32,000 bases of DNA from Wolbachia endosymbiont of Cimex lectularius. GTDB lineage: Bacteria; Pseudomonadota; Alphaproteobacteria; Rickettsiales; Anaplasmataceae. This document shows, piece by piece, positions 26,508-32,000 of this stretch. Where the stretch lies: contig NZ_AP013028.1 in NCBI RefSeq assembly GCF_000829315.1, positions 600,001 through 632,000 on the forward strand, written 5' to 3'. Each line of letters opens with the position of its first letter. The stretch's first letter is position 1. The notes beneath the pieces are model-generated. The model did not search any database. It was not told the origin of the DNA and saw only the letters and a program-made list of their open reading frames with translations. The position numbers and the translations under genes are program-made.

Positions 26508-27124
26508 ATGAGTTTATATAAAAATTTAATTACCAGTGAATCAGTTGCAGCTGGTCATCCAGACAAAGTAGCGGATCAAATTTCAGATGCAATACTTGAC
26601 AAGTACCTTTTTACTGACCCTTCCTCGCGAACTGCAATAGAAACTTTAGTTACTAAAGATAACGTTATTATAGCGGGAGAAGTGTTTGGACCTAACATCG
26701 CAAATAGCAGAATTGAAAATATTGTACACAGTACAATAAAAGATATTGGTTACGAATGCGATGGTTTCCACTGGAGAAGAGTGAAAGTAAATATATTGTT
26801 GCATGAACAATCAAATGACATTGCAATAGGGGTGGACCAAGGTGCTGGAGATCAGGGCATTATGTATGGTTATGCAACGACAGAGACAGAAAGTCTCATG
26901 CCGGCGCCAATTTTTTATGCGCACTTGATTTTAAAAAATATTATGAGTGTAGCTAAAGAAGCAAAACTTGGTCCAGATGCAAAATCGCAAATTACCTTGG
27001 TGTATGAGAATAATCTGCCAGTACGTGCTGAAAGTATTATCGTTTCAATACAGCACCCTGAAGATCTGGATCAATTGAAAGTAAAAGAAATAATTTACCC
27101 TTGCATAGTTTCATTTTTACCTAA
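26508..27124 (+). pseudogene. metK: S-adenosylmethionine synthetase, N-terminal ~205 codons, truncated by IS copy 3
   Basis: 'ITSESVAAGHPDKVADQISDAILD' and 'GAGDQGIMYGYA' are canonical MetK. The homologous reading ends at '...FLPKNL', where the IS terminal repeat starts (27125). The expected 'INPTG.F.IGGP.GD.GLTGRKIIVDTYGG' half is absent on the other side of the IS. Confidence 0.88.
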
Positions 27125-27984
27125 GAACCTGTTTAAAATCTTCGTAACAGGAGAGAAATGAAGGAGAGGACTATCATCTGTAAGCTAGTGTTGAGCTTCC
27201 GCTCGCAATTTTTCCACAATCGCCTGCACTTTTCTAACCAGGCAAAAGAGCGTTCAACAACCCATCTTTTTGGCAATACGACGAAAGTGTGTAACTCACT
27301 TCGCTTTATTACTTCAACAGTCGCACCAATGATAGCTTTTATTTGTGTTGCAAAATTTTCTCCTGTGTAGCCAGCATCAACCAGTATGTTTTTAACTTCA
27401 GAGAGGTTTGCTTTAGCATTTTCGACCATTTTCACAGCACTGCTACGGTCAGTTGCTTCTGCCGTTGTTACATAAATTGCATGTGGCAAACCTTGTGTAT
27501 CAACTGCAATATGGCGCTTTATCCCTGAAATCTTTTTACCTGCATCATAGCCTTTTTTTTCAGCAGTATCTGCGTTTTTAACGCTTTGAGAATCAATTAT
27601 ACAAAAGCTAGTTTTCTCTTTCCGACCATTGCTGATACGGACCTCTCCAACTAATTTTTTTTAAGACTAATTCCAACAAGCTTGGCTCTTCTCCATTCTT
27701 TTTACTCCACACTCGAAAATAGTAATATACGCTTTCCCATCTTGGAAAACCCTTTGGTAACATCCTCCACTGACAACCACTTTTTAAGACGTACAACACC
27801 CCACAAAATACGTCATACAAATCAAGTTTTCTTGGTTTTGTTTTCTGCTTGCTACTCTCCAAAATTGGCCTGATTTTTTCAAACTGCTCTTGACTTATAT
27901 TACTTGGATAACTTTTCTGCATAGACACCTCATTATTAATCTATGCTTACTTTACCTCACATTTCCAAGATTTTAAACAGGTTC
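27125..27984 (-). mobile_element. IS5-family insertion sequence, copy 3 (860 bp), flanked by TAA on both sides
   Basis: GAACCTGTTTAAAATCTT at 27125-27142 and AAGATTTTAAACAGGTTC at 27967-27984. TAA at 27122-27124 and 27985-27987. One A shorter than copy 1, plus a C/T difference (track antisense ORFs read 'LFGNTT' against 'LFGSTT'). Confidence 0.93.
27133..27928 (-). CDS. IS5-family DDE transposase, orfA (27608-27928) plus orfB frame (open from the A8 run to 27133); one frameshift or slippage event gives a ~279-aa protein
   Basis: Reading orfA through 'LELVLKK' and dropping one A of the A8 run (rc of 27655-27662) gives 'LVGEVRISNGRKEKTSFCIIDSQSVKNADTAEKKGYDAGKKISGIKRHIAVDTQGLPHAIYVTTAE...VDAGY...VVERSFAWLEKCRRLWKNCERK' with no further stop. 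Confidence 0.8.
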
Positions 27985-28059
27985 TAATATAAAGGGCTAG
28001 ATTCAACTTGGCGGACGAGAATTAACTGATAAAGAAAGCTGATGCATATATTTTTATCT

Positions 28060-28923
28060 TCAAGGTTTCTTATCGAGTATAAACATCAGCTCGTCCCATT
28101 CCCTTTTACCAATTCCGCTTTCCTCTCTAGTAACATTTTCTCCTTTAATTAATTTGCGAACTACCTCTAGACCAGTTCTTGAAATACAAACCGATTCTAA
28201 GCAATATTCAACGAAAGCGCTGTAGGCCATTGGGACCCACTTCTTTATTATATCCAACATAACTTCTGCATAGACTCTAATTTCATACTGAGCATGCTTG
28301 TCAGCTCTAAGTTTCAAAAAATGAAGAAGGTTATGCAGATCTATCTTCCAATAAAATTGCGTGTAGTAATTAAGCATTAGATTGGTTCTGGCAATTTCTC
28401 TTGCGAGTCCCTGCTGAATAAATTTCCCATAATGAGAATATACTAAATTAGAGTCATTTGTCAGAGAATCTATTATTTCTTTTGATGTATGTGAGTCAAA
28501 AGCTTCACCACTACCTTGTTTATTATTATCAGATTGTTTTGCAACCTGTTCTGGCCTTGGTATGTAAAATTCATTGTCAAGTATTGAATACCTTGCTGAA
28601 TACTCATTCACATTTGCAGTTCTATGCCTTATCCATTGTCTTGCAACAAAAATTGGAAGTTTCACGTGAAACTTCATTTCACACATCTCAAACGGAGTTG
28701 TGTGGTGATTCCTCATTAAATACTTTATAAGCGCTTCATCTTGACTTATCTGTTTTGTTTCCTTTCCATAAGAAACACGAGCGGCTTGAACTATAGCGCT
28801 GTCAGAGCCCATATAATCTACTACTCGAATAAATCCATGATCTAATACCTTATGTTCCTCAAATAGAATTTCATCTATTTCTTTTACTGTAATTCTCTTG
28901 GTTGAATAACGTTCCTCGTTCAT
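28060..28923 (-). CDS. thyX: FAD-dependent thymidylate synthase ThyX
   Basis: ThyX motif '[18 protein letters not shown]' (RHR...S.RY), plus 'HTTPFE' and '[21 protein letters not shown]'. Confidence 0.93.
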   Translation of the reverse strand: MNEERYSTKRITVKEIDEILFEEHKVLDHGFIRVVDYMGSDSAIVQAARVSYGKETKQISQDEALIKYLMRNHHTTPFEMCEMKFHVKLPIFVARQWIRHRTANVNEYSARYSILDNEFYIPRPEQVAKQSDNNKQGSGEAFDSHTSKEIIDSLTNDSNLVYSHYGKFIQQGLAREIARTNLMLNYYTQFYWKIDLHNLLHFLKLRADKHAQYEIRVYAEVMLDIIKKWVPMAYSAFVEYCLESVCISRTGLEVVRKLIKGENVTREESGIGKREWDELMFILDKKP

Positions 28924-28932
28924 AAAATATCC

Positions 28933-30309
28933 TCAAGATGAAATGGAGATATCAGCTCCACACGAATTTAGTTTTTCGTGCATTGCTTCATACCCTCTCC
29001 ATAAATGATGTGAGTTATTTATTGTAGTTTCTCCACTAGCTACCAAAGAAGAAAGCACTAAAGCTGCCGTTGATCTTAAATCAGTAGCATATAGATTAGC
29101 TCCAGACAAGCTTTTTACTCCATTTATAATAGCTTTGCTTTTCTCGATGCTAATATTAGCACCTAACTTTCTTAATTCATCTGCATGCGTAAACCTGCTT
29201 TCAAAAATGTTTTCTTCAATTACCGATATCCCATCAGCGACGCACATTGCAGACATCAGTTGTGGCTGCATATCACTAGGAAAGTTAGGGTATGAATCTG
29301 TTGCAGCGTTAGCAGATTTAATAGAGCCATTTTTTCTGGAAATAACAACACCTTCGCCATGCGGTTCAATCACAGCTCCTATAGCCTCCAATTCATTTGC
29401 AATACATCTTATATCAGATAGATTTATTCCTTCTAACATCAATTTACCACCAGTTATTATGGCAGCTAGTGCGTATGTACCGGCTTCTATGCGATCTGAT
29501 ATTATTTTGTGGACACATCCGTTTAATGTCTCAACTCCTTTTATTGTTATTAGACCTCTTGCAAAATTCCTTGTCATCCCAGTAGTGTAACACTGGGATT
29601 TATCATGGATTCCAGCGTCACGCGCTGGAATGATATCAGAGAGATCTATTTTATTATCATGAATATTAATATCAGCACCCATTTTCCTCAAGAACTCTAT
29701 TAAATCCAGAACCTCTGGCTCTGTTGCAGCATTGTTTATTATTGTTATTCCTTCTGCAAGTGTTGCTGCCATTATTATGTTCTCCGTTGCACCAACACTT
29801 ATTTTTTCGAATGTAATTTCTCTCCCTTGTAGCTTTCCTTTCACCGTTGCAATTATATTACAGCCGTCAATTTCAATTTTAGCCCCCATTTTTTCTAACG
29901 CTTTGATGTGCATGTCAACAGGGCGTTTTCCAATGTTGCACCCACCAGGAAATGCTGTTCTCGCCTTGCCGAATCTGCTAAGCATTGGGCCTAGCATTAA
30001 AAAAGATGCTCGCAGTTTATTTGCAGTTTTATGCGGTATCACATGATTGTTAATATTGCTACAGTTAATTTCTAAAGTATGATTTGCTTTATAGTCTTTA
30101 TTGTACAAAAAGTTTACTTTTGCCCCAAGACTTTCGAGCAGCTCAGACATCAGATGCACATCAATTAGATCAGGCACATTATGCAAAGTTACTGAAGAAC
30201 TACTCAATAGGCTTGCTGCTGCTATTGGTAAAATAGCATTCTTTGAACCATTAACCTTGATTTTCCCAACTAAAGGCTTATGGTTACTCCTTACTAATAT
30301 TTTATGCAT
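28933..30309 (-). CDS. murA: UDP-N-acetylglucosamine 1-carboxyvinyltransferase MurA, carrying a ~32-aa in-frame insertion
   Basis: 'GSKNAILPI', the active-site loop 'FPGGCNIGKRPVDMH', 'SVGATENIIMAATLAEG', 'SDRIEAGTY' and 'ATDLRSTAALVL'. 458 aa against ~419 aa for E. coli MurA. Confidence 0.93.
   Translation of the reverse strand: MHKILVRSNHKPLVGKIKVNGSKNAILPIAAASLLSSSSVTLHNVPDLIDVHLMSELLESLGAKVNFLYNKDYKANHTLEINCSNINNHVIPHKTANKLRASFLMLGPMLSRFGKARTAFPGGCNIGKRPVDMHIKALEKMGAKIEIDGCNIIATVKGKLQGREITFEKISVGATENIIMAATLAEGITIINNAATEPEVLDLIEFLRKMGADINIHDNKIDLSDIIPARDAGIHDKSQCYTTGMTRNFARGLITIKGVETLNGCVHKIISDRIEAGTYALAAIITGGKLMLEGINLSDIRCIANELEAIGAVIEPHGEGVVISRKNGSIKSANAATDSYPNFPSDMQPQLMSAMCVADGISVIEENIFESRFTHADELRKLGANISIEKSKAIINGVKSLSGANLYATDLRSTAALVLSSLVASGETTINNSHHLWRGYEAMHEKLNSCGADISISS
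29573..29634. repeat. 62-bp double-hairpin palindromic element inside murA
   Basis: 'GTCATCCCAGTAGTGTAACACTGGGATTTATCATGGATTCCAGCGTCACGCGCTGGAATGAT'. The hairpins are TCCCAGT-agtgtaac-ACTGGGA and TTCCAGCG-tcacg-CGCTGGAA. Same family as the ends of 6301-6442. Confidence 0.8.
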
Positions 30310-30421
30310 TTAATCAAACTAGATCCTACCGAATAAGTATAGTGAATTGGCAGTAAAAGGCAAACATAGCCTCTTGATGAGTATAGTACGCCAGCGTCAA
30401 ACGCTTCCCAGTTTTACTTGG

Positions 30422-30925
30422 CTTAAGAAATTTACTAAATAGAGAAAAAAAAGCAAAAGAAGCCCCGGTCAATGTCTATTTTAATAACTTGGCGTTAATG
30501 CTCTATACGCTTGACAAGTAGCTGACCTTGGGGTTGTAAATACCCATAATTTATGATAAGGGAAACGTCAAAACTTGTCAAGCAACTTTTTTGTGAAAAA
30601 AATAGAACCGGTTAACTTTTTAACTAATTAAAAAAAAAGACAAAAAAACCCCGCAACGTGAGTTGTTTACTGTTCTCTCAAAAACTTGGCGTCCGGTTCT
30701 CTCTTACACCGCTTAGTAAGCGAGGCTCAGCTAATGTAGACAAAAAATTATAAAGGCATGCAGTGTCCATGCTGCAAAAATTAAACATAACACGCCTTGT
30801 TTTATACTGTGCTTTTGTCACTTAATACAAGATTAAAAATAAATTTTAGACCTAAAACACCCACAACTCTATTGTAAAGGCGCTAGCGAAGGTTGTCAAG
30901 TAGTTTTTTTGTTTCTGTTGAATCC
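30422..30925 (-). repeat. Promoter-bearing intergenic repeat, copy D (minus orientation, most divergent), directly upstream of murA
   Basis: The reverse complement shares 'CAACAGAAACAAAAAAACTACTTGACAACCTTCGC', '...GTTTAATTTTTGCA...CACTGCATG...' and the tail module '...AACGCCAAG...GACCGGGGCTTCTTTTGCTTTTTTTTCTCTATTTAGTAAATTTCTTAAG' with copies A to C. Confidence 0.7.
30871..30899 (-). promoter_or_regulatory. Consensus-like sigma70 promoter within repeat copy D, pointing toward murA
   Basis: On the minus strand: TTGACA (30899-30894), 17 nt, TACAAT (30876-30871). The murA start codon lies ~560 nt downstream on the same strand. Confidence 0.4.
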
Positions 30926-31036
30926 AATACGCTGCCAAGAACTGGTTTGATGTAGTTATGCTAAAAATCTAATAACAAAATTTCTAGCTTTTTTGTTGTG
31001 TAGGGCTTATCATTTTGATTTAACTTTGGTGAGATT

Positions 31037-32000
31037 ATGTCAGACCTTGCAGAAAGAATGTTCCTAATAAAGCCATCACCTACGATTGCTGTAACCGACA
31101 AGGCAAATAGGTTAAAAGGCGAGGGGAAAAACATCTGCGTTTTAGCTGCAGGAGAGCCGGACTTTGACACTCCAGATCATGTAAAAAAAGCAGCTATTCA
31201 AGCAATAAACGAAGGTAAAACTAAGTATACTGCTGTTGATGGGACACGTGAACTTAAAGAGGCAATAATCAATAAGTTAAAAAGGGATAACAATCTCGAA
31301 TATACATTTAATCAAATCTGCGTTGGTACCGGCGCTAAACAGGTGTTGTTTAACTTATTTATGGCAACGATTAACCCTGGAGATGAAGCTATAATTCCGG
31401 CCCCTTATTGGGTCTCATATGTTGATATGGTAAGTCTTTTTGGCGGTCTGCCAATTGTGATAAAGTGCAAGCAAAACTTCAAGCTAACACCAGAATTGTT
31501 AAAAAGCAAAATAACTAAGAAGACTAAGTGGTTGATCCTTAACTCACCGAACAACCCAGCAGGAATTGTGTATACACATGATGAACTGAAAGACATAGCA
31601 CAAGTATTGCTTGAATATCCCCACGTGAACGTTGTTACAGATGATATTTATGAGCATATAATATACGATGAGAAGTTTTTTACTATTGCCCAAGTTGAAC
31701 CGAGGCTTTATGATAGGGTTTTTGTGGTCAATGGGGTATCAAAAGCTTACGCAATGACAGGCTGGAGAATAGGTTATATTGCAGGTAAAAGTGATATAAT
31801 AAAAGCTATTTCTGCACTGCAATCTCAGAGCACCTCTAATCCAAACTCAATAGCACAGGCAGCAGCAGTTGAAGCTTTAAGCGACAATCATGATTTTTTG
31901 AAGGAAAGAACAAGAATTTTCAAGAATCGTAGAGATTTTGTGGTAGAGAAGCTAAGTTCTGCTTCAGGACTATCAGCATCTACTCCGCAAGGTGCGTTTT
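31037..32000 (+). CDS. Aspartate/aromatic aminotransferase (class I PLP-dependent), 5' part; continues beyond the window
   Basis: Not in the ORF track because no stop falls inside the window. Translation from ATG 31037: 'MSDLAERMFLIKPSPTIAVTDKANRLKGEGKNICVLAAGEPDFDTPDHVKKAA...NSPNNPAGIVY...NGVSKAYAMTGWRIGY...SQSTSNPNSIAQ'. These are canonical AspAT motifs, including the PLP lysine 'SKAYAMTGWR'. Confidence 0.9.
   Translation, partial: MSDLAERMFLIKPSPTIAVTDKANRLKGEGKNICVLAAGEPDFDTPDHVKKAAIQAINEGKTKYTAVDGTRELKEAIINKLKRDNNLEYTFNQICVGTGAKQVLFNLFMATINPGDEAIIPAPYWVSYVDMVSLFGGLPIVIKCKQNFKLTPELLKSKITKKTKWLILNSPNNPAGIVYTHDELKDIAQVLLEYPHVNVVTDDIYEHIIYDEKFFTIAQVEPRLYDRVFVVNGVSKAYAMTGWRIGYIAGKSDIIKAISALQSQSTSNPNSIAQAAAVEALSDNHDFLKERTRIFKNRRDFVVEKLSSASGLSASTPQGAF

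Noticed and set aside
27985-28059. Possible vestige of the extreme 3' end of metK in the 75 bp between IS copy 3 and thyX ('...LDSTWRTRIN*' against the family's '...F.WEK.DK...')
   Set aside because: The similarity is limited to a Trp and its context. It is far too short and weak to call from sequence alone.
30961-31596. ORFs 30961-31170 (-) and 31405-31596 (-)
   Set aside because: They are antisense to a clear aspartate aminotransferase reading frame that starts at 31037 (+) and runs off the window, which is why it is absent from the track.

Overview
AT-rich window of about 32 kb that looks like an obligate-intracellular Rickettsiales genome, most plausibly Wolbachia. The supporting signs are a 23S rRNA gene with no 16S upstream, an IS5-family element in three copies, ankyrin-repeat debris, and hairpin-ended palindromic elements that translate to motifs such as 'IPARDAGI'. 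The backbone is housekeeping: 23S rRNA 5' part, a TPR/SAM-methyltransferase, nrdA, ruvX, plsY, two tandem Na+/alanine symporters (one frameshifted), pssA, psd, recA, pth, rplY, pyrC, a SurA-like chaperone, mnmE, tRNA-Ser, rplU-rpmA-tRNA-Ile, thyX, murA and a partial aspartate aminotransferase. Several accessory or decaying features are interleaved with it. (1) A 533-aa ORF carries a clear CE-clan (Ulp1/ChlaDUB-like) His-Asp-Gln-Cys protease signature, a coiled coil and a C-terminal bilobed hydrophobic anchor, so it is a candidate host-directed deubiquitinase/deSUMOylase effector. (2) A roughly 5-kb junk island lies between tRNA-Ser and rplU and is bounded by a short direct repeat. It holds a frameshifted, IS-interrupted STAND (NB-ARC P-loop) gene with a PD-(D/E)xK-nuclease-like N-terminus, a group II intron domain V/VI remnant, an IS-orfA::cysteine-desulfurase chimeric ORF and a 5'-truncated ankyrin fragment. 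(3) metK is cut off by an IS. (4) A 400-500 bp intergenic repeat family has four copies plus one inverted partial copy, and each full copy carries a consensus TTGACA-N17-TATAAT-type promoter. (5) A palindromic element is inserted in frame inside murA. All functional calls rest on motif-level reading of the translations. No database search was run.
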